From Candidatus Eiseniibacteriota bacterium (lineage in GTDB: Bacteria; Eisenbacteria; RBG-16-71-46): DNA of 64,000 bases. The notes under the pieces are model-generated. The model searched no databases. It saw nothing but the letters and a program-made list of their open reading frames with translations, and was not told where the DNA came from. Numbering within the stretch: position 1 is the first letter of the stretch; every line of letters begins with the position of its first letter. The translations under genes and the position numbers were made by a program. Positions 21,171 through 31,084 of the stretch are shown piece after piece. The DNA lies in assembly GCA_041483195.1 (NCBI GenBank), contig JBGPFC010000005.1, positions 64,001-128,000 of the forward strand. Reading direction: 5' to 3'.

Positions 21171-23311
21171 GCGCTCCACATCGACGCCCCGAAACTCTCG
21201 TCGGGAACGGAAAAGCGAATCAGATCCCCGCCCGGCAGGTGATCCACGGGCGCGCCGCCATCGAGCACCCGGACCATCAGCTCGACCGGTTCCCCGGCCG
21301 AGAGTCCGAGCGCTGCGAATGGCACCCCCAGCTCGAGCACATCCTCGATCACGCAACGCGCCCCCGGAACGGGCTGCGGCTCGCCGGCTCCCGCGTCGCG
21401 GGTGATGACCGTGGTCCCGCGCTCCAGGCGCCGCACCTCGAGCCGCACCGGGCGCGGCGTCAGGAATTCGAGCGCGAGGCCGAACGCGCCGTCGGGCGGC
21501 CCGTTCTCGACGAAATCGAGGCGCATGAAGAACTGCGCGGTGTCGAACCCGAAGTAGAGATCGCGCGCGATCCCGGCGCCGCGGTGCATCGAGCTTCCCC
21601 CCGCCCCCAGCCGGAACCGGCCCGCGGGATGCCACTCGTAGAATTGCGTGCGCCGCCCGTCCAGCACCGGATGCACGAGTCCGATCGGAGCCCGATACGA
21701 ATCCCGAGCCACCGCCGGCCGGGCGACGGGGACCTGCAGCCATGCCGGCGCCACGCGGCCCGCGCGCTCGTAGGTCGCCTGCAGGTGCTCTCGAAACAGG
21801 AGGTCGAACACCGGCTGGTCGGGGGTGTGATGATCGTCCCCGAACCACCAGAACCAGTCCGACCCCTCCGCCGCGTACAGACTCTCCCACGCCGCGGGAT
21901 GCGTCGCGTCGGAGGTCCGGCCCTCGACCAGCGCGCGCCGCGCGCGCGTCAGGAGTTCCCACGCGCGGTTCTTCTCCGGATGTCCGATCCAGACGTGGAG
22001 ATCGGCGTCGATCCAGGAGCCCGTGTGCAGCGCCGGCAACGGGTCCCGGGCCGCGGCCTCCGCGATCGTCTCGGACGGCGTGCGGGTGCGGATGTCGGGT
22101 GCGGTCGCGAGCGCCGCGTAGAGCGACTCTAGAAATGGGCCGCCGTCGTCCGCGTACTGCTCCCAGCAATTCTCCCCGTCCAGGATCACGACCACCAGCG
22201 GCGGGCGCTCGCCGCCGAACTCGCGCCCGACGCGGCGCACCCGCGAGATGAAATCGGCCGCCGCCTCGTCGGGCCGCCAGTGCGAGTACACGAAGCCGAT
22301 GCGATCGCTCAGCTCGTGATCGCGGAACAACAGCGTCACGTCGCCGGCGCGCGTCGCGAATCGCCACGGCCGGTAGAGCGCGGCGCGACGTCGTTCCGCA
22401 GGCGGCAGCGAGTGCCAGAGCACGCCCTCGTCGCTCGCGAGCCACCGGACGCCCTGGCGGGCCGCGAGCTCCGCGACCTCCGGACTCACGCTCCCCTCGG
22501 GCGGCCACATCCCCGCGGGCGGCGCGCCGAACACCTGAGCGTGGCGCGCGCGAGCGCGCGCGATCTGTCGGGCCGCATCCTCCGCACCGTCGAGACCCTC
22601 GGCGGGGACCGCGAGATCGGGACGCGCGCGGCGCGCCGATGCGAGATCGATCAGCAGCGGCAGGATGGGATGATAGTACGCGGACTCCGAGAGCTCGATC
22701 TGGCCGCGCTCCGCGAGCGCGCGATACGCCGGCAGAACCTCGGCCAGCAGCCGGCGATGGAGCGCGAGCAGATCATCGCGCGATTCCAGCGTGAAATCGC
22801 CGGGGCGCGCGAGCGCGCGCGCCGCCTCCGGTTCCGCGTGATAGAGCGGATCGAGCCACGCGAGCAGAAACCAGCATTCGAGCGCCAGCAGATCCTCGTC
22901 GTCGGGGAGCGTTCTCGGTGTCGCGCGGCGCCCGCGTTCGGACCGCCGCACCAGCGCCTCGAATCGCGGCCAGCGCTCGAGCGCATGGCGCGGCGCCACG
23001 GCGCAGCGCGCGGCGACTTCGGCGCGCTCTTCGTCCGCGAGCGCCGAGACCGGACGCGCGAGGAGATCGAACAGCGCATCTGGAGCCCCGGCGGCCGCGG
23101 CCTCCAGCTGATCGAGCAGCGATGGCACGAAGTTGAAGGCGGCACGCAGCCCGGGGTAGCGCTCCAGGCGGCGCGCCATGTCGAGGTAGTCCTTGGTGGC
23201 GTGAAGCCGCACCCACGGCAGCAGCGAGCGGCCCGATCGAGGGCTGCGGTAGTCCGGCTGATGGTGGTGCCAGAGGAAGATCAGATCGACCGGTGAGGCC
23301 GGCTCGCTCAC
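21167..23311 (-). CDS. Glycoside hydrolase family 57 (amylopullulanase-like)
   Basis: LWHHHQP, WVRLHATKDY, YYHPILP, GMWPPEGSVS (nucleophile E), ILDGENCWE (acid/base D), AEGSDWFWW. Confidence 0.93.
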   Translation of the reverse strand: MSEPASPVDLIFLWHHHQPDYRSPRSGRSLLPWVRLHATKDYLDMARRLERYPGLRAAFNFVPSLLDQLEAAAAGAPDALFDLLARPVSALADEERAEVAARCAVAPRHALERWPRFEALVRRSERGRRATPRTLPDDEDLLALECWFLLAWLDPLYHAEPEAARALARPGDFTLESRDDLLALHRRLLAEVLPAYRALAERGQIELSESAYYHPILPLLIDLASARRARPDLAVPAEGLDGAEDAARQIARARARHAQVFGAPPAGMWPPEGSVSPEVAELAARQGVRWLASDEGVLWHSLPPAERRRAALYRPWRFATRAGDVTLLFRDHELSDRIGFVYSHWRPDEAAADFISRVRRVGREFGGERPPLVVVILDGENCWEQYADDGGPFLESLYAALATAPDIRTRTPSETIAEAAARDPLPALHTGSWIDADLHVWIGHPEKNRAWELLTRARRALVEGRTSDATHPAAWESLYAAEGSDWFWWFGDDHHTPDQPVFDLLFREHLQATYERAGRVAPAWLQVPVARPAVARDSYRAPIGLVHPVLDGRRTQFYEWHPAGRFRLGAGGSSMHRGAGIARDLYFGFDTAQFFMRLDFVENGPPDGAFGLALEFLTPRPVRLEVRRLERGTTVITRDAGAGEPQPVPGARCVIEDVLELGVPFAALGLSAGEPVELMVRVLDGGAPVDHLPGGDLIRFSVPDESFGASMWSA

Positions 23312-23339
23312 GCTCGTCTCCTCACCCGCCACCCGCGCG

Positions 23340-24008
23340 CTACGATGCTCCCGAGGTGAGCTCGCCCAGGTGAGTGCGCGCGCTGTTCGCGTACGAGGTC
23401 TCGCCAAACTCGTCGAGCAGGCGCCGCAGCAGGCGCTGCGCCTCGACGGGCTGATGGAGGGTCCGCTCGCAACGCGCCGCGGAGGCGAGGAATTCGGCGG
23501 AGGATTCGCGGTCGAACTTTCCGACCAGCGATTCGTAGAGGTCGGCCGCGGCCTTCGCCTGCCCCGTGCTCTCGAGCGCGTAGGCGTAACTGCGGCGCAC
23601 CGCGTCGCTCACCGCTCCGGTCTTCACCCGGTCCAGGAATCGGCGGTAGTAGTCGACGGATCCCTTGAAGTCGCCATTCCAGAAAGAATCGTCGCCCGCG
23701 AGACGCAGAGCGTCGGTGCCGCTGGGCGTCGAGCCGAACTGCTCGGCGACCTGTTTGGCCACCTGCAGCGAGCGGGTGTACTCGCCCTGCCAGAAGAGAA
23801 TGTTGCTCTCCGCGAGCTGTCCGGCCGCCTCCGCCTCCGCCGCCGCGCGCGCACGCAGGGTGAAAAAGGCGATGGCCGCGATCGCGGCGAGCGTTCCCAC
23901 CACCGCGAGCGCGATACGATTGTACTGGGTCCAGAACGCCGCGATCTGATCGAGGATCTGCGCTCCGGGATCCGCGATGTGCGCTCTGCGCTGCGAGGCT
24001 AATGACAA
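23340..24008 (-). CDS. Membrane-anchored TPR protein (YfgM-like)
   Basis: One N-terminal TM helix then TPR helices; TTG start with GGAGG upstream. Confidence 0.78.
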   Translation of the reverse strand: MSLASQRRAHIADPGAQILDQIAAFWTQYNRIALAVVGTLAAIAAIAFFTLRARAAAEAEAAGQLAESNILFWQGEYTRSLQVAKQVAEQFGSTPSGTDALRLAGDDSFWNGDFKGSVDYYRRFLDRVKTGAVSDAVRRSYAYALESTGQAKAAADLYESLVGKFDRESSAEFLASAARCERTLHQPVEAQRLLRRLLDEFGETSYANSARTHLGELTSGAS

Positions 24009-24101
24009 GCTGGGCCTCCACTTCGAATGCTCATTTCGCGCGATCCGTGAGAAGGTGCCGAAACCGGGAGGCAGGAACCCTAGCGGCTCGCGCCGGCACC
24101 G

Positions 24102-25232
24102 TCAAGCCGGACCGCACTGGACGCACACGACCGCGCCACGTGTCCGCACCAGCATCTCGGCCGGTTGCCCGCAGCTCGGGCATCCCGGCAGCGCGGGAGT
24201 CCCGCGCGCGACATCGACCCGGCTCACGAGGCGGACGCGCACCGCGCCCGCGCGCAATTCCTGTTCGAGATCGGCGACCGGCCATGACCACTCCGAGATG
24301 CCCCATACCCGCAGCTCGGTGCGGAGCGCCCAGCGCTGGCGCACCTCGGCGGCCCGGCGCTCCCATTCGAGCTTGAGCGAGGTCGCGTCGCCATGCTCGA
24401 TCTCGGACTCCTCCCCGTTGGTGCCGCTGCGCCGCCGCAGCCGTTCTTCCTCCTCCTCGATCCGCGCGGAGAAGAAGGCTCCGAGCCGGCCGAGCTCGTC
24501 GTCGCGCAGCTTCGACACCGCCCGTTCCCATTCCTGTTCGCGGCCGTCGAGGAGCCCGTCGAAATGGCGGCGCGCGTGCCGCATCCATTCTCCGCGCCCC
24601 GAGGCGTCCAGCGCGTCGCCGATCTGATAGAGGCCCTCGCGCGCGCGCACGCCGGGCAGATCGGAGTCCTTGTGGCTCTCGAGCAGTTCGCCGGCGGCGT
24701 CGAGCAACAGCACCCACGCCTCCTGCGATGGCAGCCCGCCCCAGCGCGTCACCACGCCGTGAAACGCGACCCGCCGCTCGTAGCGCACCGGACCGAGGCG
24801 CGCCGGGCCCCACACCAGACCGCGCACCTTGCACACCGACGCGAACCCGTCGTCGGGAGCGCCGGGCACGCGGGCGAGGGCGGTGCGACGCGTGCACAGC
24901 GGGATCTCGAGGGCCGCGTCGAGGATCCTGCGCCCCGCGCCGCTGCCGGGAGCTGTGAACCACGCGCCCCGCGGCAGCGTGGCGCGTTGCGGATCGAACA
25001 CCAGCCGCACGCGCTGGCGGCGCCAGCGGCGCCTGAGCGCTGGCGAGAGCTCGACCTCCCAGTCGCCGCGCGCGGCGGGGCTCACGCTGCATCCGGTCGA
25101 CGCGAGCCAGCGGCCGACGAATTCCCGCCACTCGGGCGGCAATGCCGTCGGGGCGACTCCGTGCGGCACGCGTGTGACGCTCGGCGCCGGCTTGCGCTTC
25201 CGGCGCGACGGGACCTGGGCGATGACGCTCAT
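24102..25232 (-). CDS. Hypothetical SNF2-partner protein (YqhG-like) with coiled coil and C-terminal Zn ribbon
   Basis: ATG at 25232 overlaps the helicase stop; acidic coiled coil (ELGRLGAFFSARIEEEEERL); CPSC...CVQC at the C-terminus. Confidence 0.7.
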   Translation of the reverse strand: MSVIAQVPSRRKRKPAPSVTRVPHGVAPTALPPEWREFVGRWLASTGCSVSPAARGDWEVELSPALRRRWRRQRVRLVFDPQRATLPRGAWFTAPGSGAGRRILDAALEIPLCTRRTALARVPGAPDDGFASVCKVRGLVWGPARLGPVRYERRVAFHGVVTRWGGLPSQEAWVLLLDAAGELLESHKDSDLPGVRAREGLYQIGDALDASGRGEWMRHARRHFDGLLDGREQEWERAVSKLRDDELGRLGAFFSARIEEEEERLRRRSGTNGEESEIEHGDATSLKLEWERRAAEVRQRWALRTELRVWGISEWSWPVADLEQELRAGAVRVRLVSRVDVARGTPALPGCPSCGQPAEMLVRTRGAVVCVQCGPA

Positions 25233-27166
25233 TTCTTTTCGTCCTCCAGGCCCGGGAACAACCAGCTCTGCCGGTCTTTCTGCTTCTGGTACAGCCGCCG
25301 CGCCACGACCAGGTGCTGCGCCAGCTCCGCGAAGCGGCGCTTGCGCACCCGCGGGTTGGTGGACTCGGTCCAGCGCTTGAACACCTCGTCCTCGAAGGAG
25401 CCGTGCGGCTGCCAGGTTCCGAGGATCTCCTCCATCTCCCCCACCACCAGCTCGAACATTCGGATCTTGCGATCGAGGATCTCGAGCACGTAGGCCTCGA
25501 TGGTCCCGCGCGCCGCGAGGTTGATGACGCGCACCGGATGCTCCTGGCCGAGCCGGTGCACGCGGCCGATGCGTTGTTCGACGCGCATCGGATTCCACGG
25601 CAGATCGAAGTTGATGACGATGCGGCAGAACTGGAGATTGCGCCCCTCGCCGCCGGCCTCGGTGCTCACCAGAATCGGAGCGGATCCCCGGAAGCGGTCG
25701 AGGGCCTCCTCCTTCTCGCGCCAGCCGAGCTCCCCATGGAACACGGCGGGCTCGATCCCCTGCGTGCGCAGCGCGCCGACGATGATCTCCTGGGTCGAGC
25801 GGAACTGCGTGAAGATGATGCTCTTCTCATCGCCGATCGCCCCCAGGCAGCGCAACAGCGATCGCACCTTGCTGGGAGTGCGGCTCGCTTCGGCGGCCCG
25901 CGCGGTCAGGAGTTTCAGCCTCCGCACGTCGAGGCCGTCGGGATTCTGGCTGAGCTTCTCGAGGGTCGAGGCCGCCGCCGCCCACGACGATCCCATTTCC
26001 TTCTGCAGCACCATGAGCGTAAAGTAATGCGGACGCCCGGGGCCGGCGTCGCCGTGCACAGCGTCGGCGACGAAGTCGCTGACCTGTCGGTAGAGCAGCC
26101 GCTCCGGCGGGGTCTGCGGAACCCACATCGTCTCGACCTTCCGCGGCGCGAATTCCAGGTCGGTGTCGGCGCGGCGGGTGCGAATCATCACCGACTCGAG
26201 CAGCGCCCGGAGTCGCGGCGTGTTGCGAGGCGTACGCTTGTCGTGACCCGTGAGGAAATCGCGGCGGAACTGCGAGAACGTTCCCACCGTCCCGGGCCGC
26301 ACCAGCGTCGCCAGGTTGTAGAGCTCGCGCATGTCGTTCTGCACCGGGGTCGCGGTCGCGAGCAACAGGTAGCGCGGGTTCAGGTCGTTGAGGAACTTCC
26401 AGCCGAGGGTCAGGTGGTTGCGAAGGCGGTGCGCCTCGTCGACGACCACCATGTCGTAGTTCGCGCCACGCACGCGCCGGCGATGGCGCTCGTGCCGGGC
26501 GGTCTCGAGCGACGAGATGACGAGAGGATGCCTGCCCCACTGTCCGGCCGGCCCACGCGACACCACGAAATCGAGCTCGAATTTCTCCCAGAGCTCCGCC
26601 CGCCATTGCTCGCACAGCGAGGCCGGCACCAGCACCAGCACGGTTCGCACCGCGCCGCGCAGCAGGTACTCCTTGAGCACGATCCCCGCCTCGATGGTCT
26701 TGCCGAGGCCCACTTCGTCGGCGAGGATCGCGCGCCCGTTCAGATCGCGCATGACCTTGAGACACGCCTTGATCTGGTGGGGAAAGCGCTCGACCCCGCG
26801 CAATGAATCGAGCGAGATGAGACGATCGCTTCCGACCCATCCCGCCCAGCGCTCGGCTTCGGCATGCAGCGTGAAATGCCCGGGCGGAACGCAGGCGTCC
26901 GCGATCCAGCTCTCGAGCAGCGCGTCCGCCTGGGGATGGAGCACGCGGGAGCGGTCCGTCGGCCGCGGGCTCTCGGGCGTCGATGGCACGTTGGTGTCCA
27001 CCATCTCCCACTCGCGCTGCGCGGAGAGCCGGCGCAATTCGCCGCCGAACACCACCTCGAGCACCTCCCGCCCGCGATCGGTGTGCACCTCGACGACCAG
27101 GCCCTCCCCGAACTGGGGGTGGCGCAGCCGCTGTCCGATCTGGTAACGGGTCGCCGTCAGCTCCAC
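25229..27166 (-). CDS. SNF2-family ATPase (YqhH/RapA-like) with N-terminal Tudor/SH3-like domain
   Basis: ILADEVGLGKT, VVDEAH, TATP, STEAGGEGRNLQ and EQRIGRVHRLGQ motifs; N-terminus YQIGQRLRHPQFGEGLVVEV. Confidence 0.92.
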   Translation of the reverse strand: MELTATRYQIGQRLRHPQFGEGLVVEVHTDRGREVLEVVFGGELRRLSAQREWEMVDTNVPSTPESPRPTDRSRVLHPQADALLESWIADACVPPGHFTLHAEAERWAGWVGSDRLISLDSLRGVERFPHQIKACLKVMRDLNGRAILADEVGLGKTIEAGIVLKEYLLRGAVRTVLVLVPASLCEQWRAELWEKFELDFVVSRGPAGQWGRHPLVISSLETARHERHRRRVRGANYDMVVVDEAHRLRNHLTLGWKFLNDLNPRYLLLATATPVQNDMRELYNLATLVRPGTVGTFSQFRRDFLTGHDKRTPRNTPRLRALLESVMIRTRRADTDLEFAPRKVETMWVPQTPPERLLYRQVSDFVADAVHGDAGPGRPHYFTLMVLQKEMGSSWAAAASTLEKLSQNPDGLDVRRLKLLTARAAEASRTPSKVRSLLRCLGAIGDEKSIIFTQFRSTQEIIVGALRTQGIEPAVFHGELGWREKEEALDRFRGSAPILVSTEAGGEGRNLQFCRIVINFDLPWNPMRVEQRIGRVHRLGQEHPVRVINLAARGTIEAYVLEILDRKIRMFELVVGEMEEILGTWQPHGSFEDEVFKRWTESTNPRVRKRRFAELAQHLVVARRLYQKQKDRQSWLFPGLEDEKK

Positions 27167-27177
27167 CTGGGCGCTCC

Positions 27178-27792
27178 CTAATAGCTCGCGTAGAACACGA
27201 GGCCGGCGGACAGCTGCACGTCGTGATTGACGACGCCATCGAGAAACACGGCGTGGTAGCGCGTGCTGAGATCGACCGCCCAGCTCTGCCAGAAGAAGTA
27301 CTCGATCTCGCCTCCCCCGCTCAGGAAGATGCCGTCGCCAACGCCCTTGCCCGACAGCTGGGTCTCGCCGTCGTTCAGCTTCTGGGTGATCTGCGCGAGC
27401 CCGATGCCGGCGCTCAGCATGCGAACGTTGCGGGTGCGCGTGCCGAACATCTGGTAGATCTCGGCGCCGGTCGCCAGGATCGCCGCGGACTTCGGCGCGA
27501 AGGTGCTGTCGGGCGGCTGCTGGACGCGAACGTCGAACCCATGCCGCTCGAACGTGAGACCCACCGCGCGCTCGTACCGCATCCGGTAGCGCATGCGAAC
27601 CGCGAAGCCGCCCCCCGAGCCGAAGTCGTCGCCGATGTCGCCCGACTTGAGCAGCGTCCCGAATTGACCCAGCATGCCGAAGCCCACCTGCCCCGGCCGC
27701 GGTAGCACGACGGTGGCCGCGTGCGATCCGCTTCCCACTGCGAGTCCAGCTGCGATCGCGAGCGCGATCATCGTTCGACGGTTTCCCGTCAT
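27178..27792 (-). CDS. Small outer-membrane beta-barrel protein
   Basis: Signal peptide, alternating amphipathic strands, aromatic C-terminus (GLVFYASY); real part of track ORF 27178..28032. Confidence 0.78.
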   Translation of the reverse strand: MTGNRRTMIALAIAAGLAVGSGSHAATVVLPRPGQVGFGMLGQFGTLLKSGDIGDDFGSGGGFAVRMRYRMRYERAVGLTFERHGFDVRVQQPPDSTFAPKSAAILATGAEIYQMFGTRTRNVRMLSAGIGLAQITQKLNDGETQLSGKGVGDGIFLSGGGEIEYFFWQSWAVDLSTRYHAVFLDGVVNHDVQLSAGLVFYASY

Positions 27793-27820
27793 GCGACTCT
27801 CCTTCTGGGTGGACGTGCCC

Positions 27821-28741
27821 TCAGGGTCGAGGGTGGAAGGTGCGATGCACCTCCCGGAGATAGGCCCGGTCGAGATGGGTGTAGATCGCGGTGGTCTTGA
27901 CCGACGCGTGCCCGAGCAGCTCCTGGACGACGCGCAGATCGGCCCCGCCTTCGAGCAGATGGGTCGCGAACGAATGGCGGAGCGCGTGCGGATGCACGCG
28001 GGTCGCGATCCCCGCCGCTCGCGCGTGGCCATGCAGGATCTTCCAGAATCCCATCCGGCTCAGCCGCCCGCCGCGCGCGTTGGTGAACAGCGCGTCGTGG
28101 TGCGCGCGCGCGCAGAGCGTGGGGCGCGCGCGTTCGAGGTATTCGCGCAGCGCGGACTCCGCGGCGCGGCCGAACGGAACCTGCCGTTCCTTGTTGCCCT
28201 TGCCGGTCACCGTCACGCCGCGCGTCCGAAGCTCGAGGCTCCGCCGATCGAGCGCGCACAACTCGGAAACGCGCAGCCCGCTCGCATAGGCCAGCTCCAG
28301 CATGGCGCGGTCGCGCAGCGCGAGCGGAGACTCCCCATGCGGCTGGCCCAGCAGTCGCTCGATCGCCTCGAACGGGAGCGCGTGCGGAAGCCGCCGCTCC
28401 GGCCGGGCCGCGGGGAGCCGCGCGATCGGATCGTCGGGCCGTGCCCCGGTGCGCTCGAGGAACGCGTGATACCCGCGCAGCGAGGACCTGCGCCGCGCGA
28501 CGGTGCTGCCCGCGAGCCCGCGCTTCACGAGCGTCGCGAAGTAGCCGTCCACGAACGTCGCCGTCGCCTCCGTCCAATCGGCGAGCCGGTGCTGGCGCGC
28601 GAAGCCCAGGTAGTCGGAGAGATCGCGCGCGTAGCCGTCGAGCGTGTGGGCGCTCAGGCGGCGGCCGGTGCGCAGCTCATCGAGGTAGCGATCGACGAGG
28701 AGGTCGAGCCCGCTCCCGGGAGCCGGCGCGCGCATGCTCAT
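27821..28741 (-). CDS. xerD: Tyrosine recombinase XerD
   Basis: SAM-like N-terminal domain; ASGLRVSEL, GKGNKERQVP, LSRMGFWKI, HALRHSFATHLLEGGADLRVVQELLGH, TAIYTH; ATGA overlap with uvrC. Confidence 0.9.
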   Translation of the reverse strand: MSMRAPAPGSGLDLLVDRYLDELRTGRRLSAHTLDGYARDLSDYLGFARQHRLADWTEATATFVDGYFATLVKRGLAGSTVARRRSSLRGYHAFLERTGARPDDPIARLPAARPERRLPHALPFEAIERLLGQPHGESPLALRDRAMLELAYASGLRVSELCALDRRSLELRTRGVTVTGKGNKERQVPFGRAAESALREYLERARPTLCARAHHDALFTNARGGRLSRMGFWKILHGHARAAGIATRVHPHALRHSFATHLLEGGADLRVVQELLGHASVKTTAIYTHLDRAYLREVHRTFHPRP

Positions 28742-30609
28742 GCCGGCCTCCGCACCCGATGGGGTTCCGGCCCCGGCGCGGAAAGCGCCGCGGGTTCCGC
28801 GGGATCCGCCAGCTGCACCGCGATGCGGGCCGCGAGCGCGAGCGGGACGCGCGCGCGCCGGGCGATGTCTTCCGGCGCGACCGCGCGCAGCCCGGCGATC
28901 GATCCGAACTCGCGCAGCAGCGCGGCGCGCCGGGCGGGGCCGACCCCCGGGACCCGGTCGAGCGCGCTCGTGGTGCGCGCCCCGCCGCGCAACAGCCGAT
29001 GGTAGCCGAGCCCGAACCGATGCGCTTCGTCGCGCAGGCGCTGGAGCGTGTGCAACGCCCTGCTGCGCCTCGGGAGCCGGAGCGCCGGCGCCGTCTCCCG
29101 CACCACCGTCTCCTCGCGCTTGGCGAGACCGATCAGCGCGACCGGGCGGGTGGTCACCCGATCGAGCGCCGCGCGGGCGGCGCCCAGCTGCCCCACCCCG
29201 CCATCCACCATGACCAGGTCCGGGCGCGGCAGCTCCCCCGACTCGACGCGGATCCAGTAGCGCTCGACCGCTTCGCCGATCATCGCGAAGTCGTCGGGGC
29301 CCGGATGGCGGATGCGCATGCGCCGGTAGAGCCCCTTGCGCGCGACGCCGTTCTCGCTCGCCACCACGGCGGCCACCGCACTCTCCGCTCCGAAGTTCGA
29401 TACGTCGAAGCACACCACGCGATGGGGCGGCGCCGCGAGATCGAGCGCCTTCTGCAGCTCGAGCACGTCGGGCGCGAAGCGCGCCCGTCGCCCGGCGCGT
29501 CGCGCCTCGAGATCCTCGAGCGCGTGCGCCGCGTTGCGCTCGGCGGCCGCGACCAGCTGGCGCTCCCGCCCGCGGCGCGGCACCACCACCTCGACCGCGT
29601 GCCCGGCGCGTCGCGCGAGCGCGGCGCCCAGCACCGCGGCGCCCGCCGGCAGGTCGCCGGCCGCGATGCGGCGCGGCAGCTCGAGACGCGGCAGGTAGTG
29701 CTGGCTCAGGAAGCTCTCGAGCAGCGCCGGACCGTCGAGCGCGTCCGCGCGGTCGATCATGCGGGACTCCTTGCCCACCACGCGCCCGCCGCGCAGCAGG
29801 AGCACCGCCGCGGCCGCGCGCCGCCCGTGCCGCGCGAGCCCGACGATGTCGGTGTCGCGGCCGGAGCGGGCGACCACCTTCTGCGGCACGCGCGCGCGTT
29901 CGAGCATCTGGATCTGGTCCCGGCGGCGCGCGGCGGTCTCGAATTCGCGCGCCGCCGACGCGGCGTCCATCTCGTCCCGCAGCCGGCCGAGGAGCTCGTC
30001 GTCGCGCCCGGTGAGGAACAGGAGCAGGCCATCGACCATCCGCCGGTAGCCGGCGGCATCGATGGCCGCGCGGCTGTAGCAGGGTCCGGCGCAGCGCCGG
30101 ATGTGATAGTAGAGACAGGGCCGGTCGGCACGCCGGTAGTCCTCGAAGTTGCGGCAGGTGCGGAGCGGAAAGATGCGCCGGATCTCGCGCAGCGTGCGCC
30201 GCAGTCGCTTGACGTCGACGTAGGGCCCGAGGTAACGCGCGCCGTCGTCGCGGACGTGGCGCGTGACGGCCACGCGCGGGAATTCCTCATGCACGCTGAT
30301 TCTTACGTATGGAAAACTCTTGTCGTCCTTCAACAGGATGTTGTAATGGGGCCGGTGCTGCCGGATCAGGGTCGATTCGAGGAGCAGCGCCTCGACCTCG
30401 GTGTCGGTCAGGATGCTGTCGACGTCTGCCGCCAGGGACATGAGCTCCTGCAGGCGGGAGTCGCCGAGGTCGCTCGCGAGGTAGCTGCGAACGCGCTGGG
30501 CCAGGCTCTTCGCCTTGCCGACGTAGAGCACCCGTCCGGCGGCGTCCTTGAAGAGGTAAACCCCCGGAGCCGCGGGGAGATTCAGCACTTTTTCGCTCAA
30601 AGCGCTCAC
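28738..30609 (-). CDS. uvrC: Excinuclease ABC subunit C
   Basis: GVYLF..YVGKAKSL (GIY-YIG), Cys cluster C..CLYYHIRRCAGPC, UVR domain, FDVSN, DLVMVDGG, RDEAHRF, HhH motif. Confidence 0.96.
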   Translation of the reverse strand: MSALSEKVLNLPAAPGVYLFKDAAGRVLYVGKAKSLAQRVRSYLASDLGDSRLQELMSLAADVDSILTDTEVEALLLESTLIRQHRPHYNILLKDDKSFPYVRISVHEEFPRVAVTRHVRDDGARYLGPYVDVKRLRRTLREIRRIFPLRTCRNFEDYRRADRPCLYYHIRRCAGPCYSRAAIDAAGYRRMVDGLLLFLTGRDDELLGRLRDEMDAASAAREFETAARRRDQIQMLERARVPQKVVARSGRDTDIVGLARHGRRAAAAVLLLRGGRVVGKESRMIDRADALDGPALLESFLSQHYLPRLELPRRIAAGDLPAGAAVLGAALARRAGHAVEVVVPRRGRERQLVAAAERNAAHALEDLEARRAGRRARFAPDVLELQKALDLAAPPHRVVCFDVSNFGAESAVAAVVASENGVARKGLYRRMRIRHPGPDDFAMIGEAVERYWIRVESGELPRPDLVMVDGGVGQLGAARAALDRVTTRPVALIGLAKREETVVRETAPALRLPRRSRALHTLQRLRDEAHRFGLGYHRLLRGGARTTSALDRVPGVGPARRAALLREFGSIAGLRAVAPEDIARRARVPLALAARIAVQLADPAEPAALSAPGPEPHRVRRPA

Positions 30610-30747
30610 GGGCGCCTCCGTACCACCAGTGGGGATACGCGAAGCAAGGACACTACACCCCTGGAGTGAACCCCGCAATCGCCTTCACGCATCCGCGACG
30701 GCGCGCGCCGCGGCCCGGCGTTCGCCGCGCGCGCAGACCCTGCGGCC

Positions 30748-30777
30748 TTGACACCACGCGCGCCCCGCTCGTATCGT
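30748..30777 (+). promoter_or_regulatory. Putative sigma70 promoter of rpsT
   Basis: TTGACA-N18-TATCGT about 40 nt upstream of rpsT. Confidence 0.55.
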
Positions 30778-30819
30778 CGCCGGGCTTTTCAGCGATGACG
30801 ATCCCCAAGGAGGAACTGC

Positions 30820-31077
30820 ATGCCGCATCACAAATCCGCGGCCAAGCGGGTGCTGACGAACGAGAAGGCCCGGCAGCGCAATGTCGCGGCCCGGACTCGT
30901 CTCCGCTCCGCCCTCAGGCTGGTGCGGGCCGCGACGACGCGCGCCGAAGGCGACGCCGCGTATCGCGCGGCGGTCAAGATGCTCGACCGCACCGCATCGA
31001 AGGGCATTATCAAGAGGGAGACCGCCAGCCGGCAGAAATCGCGGCTGGCCAGCTTCACCCAAAAGCTTCCGGCCTGA
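30820..31077 (+). CDS. rpsT: 30S ribosomal protein S20
   Basis: MPHHKSAAKR...LDRTASKGIIKRETASRQKSRL; strong AAGGAGG Shine-Dalgarno. Confidence 0.96.
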   Translation: MPHHKSAAKRVLTNEKARQRNVAARTRLRSALRLVRAATTRAEGDAAYRAAVKMLDRTASKGIIKRETASRQKSRLASFTQKLPA

Positions 31078-31084
31078 GGCCGAG

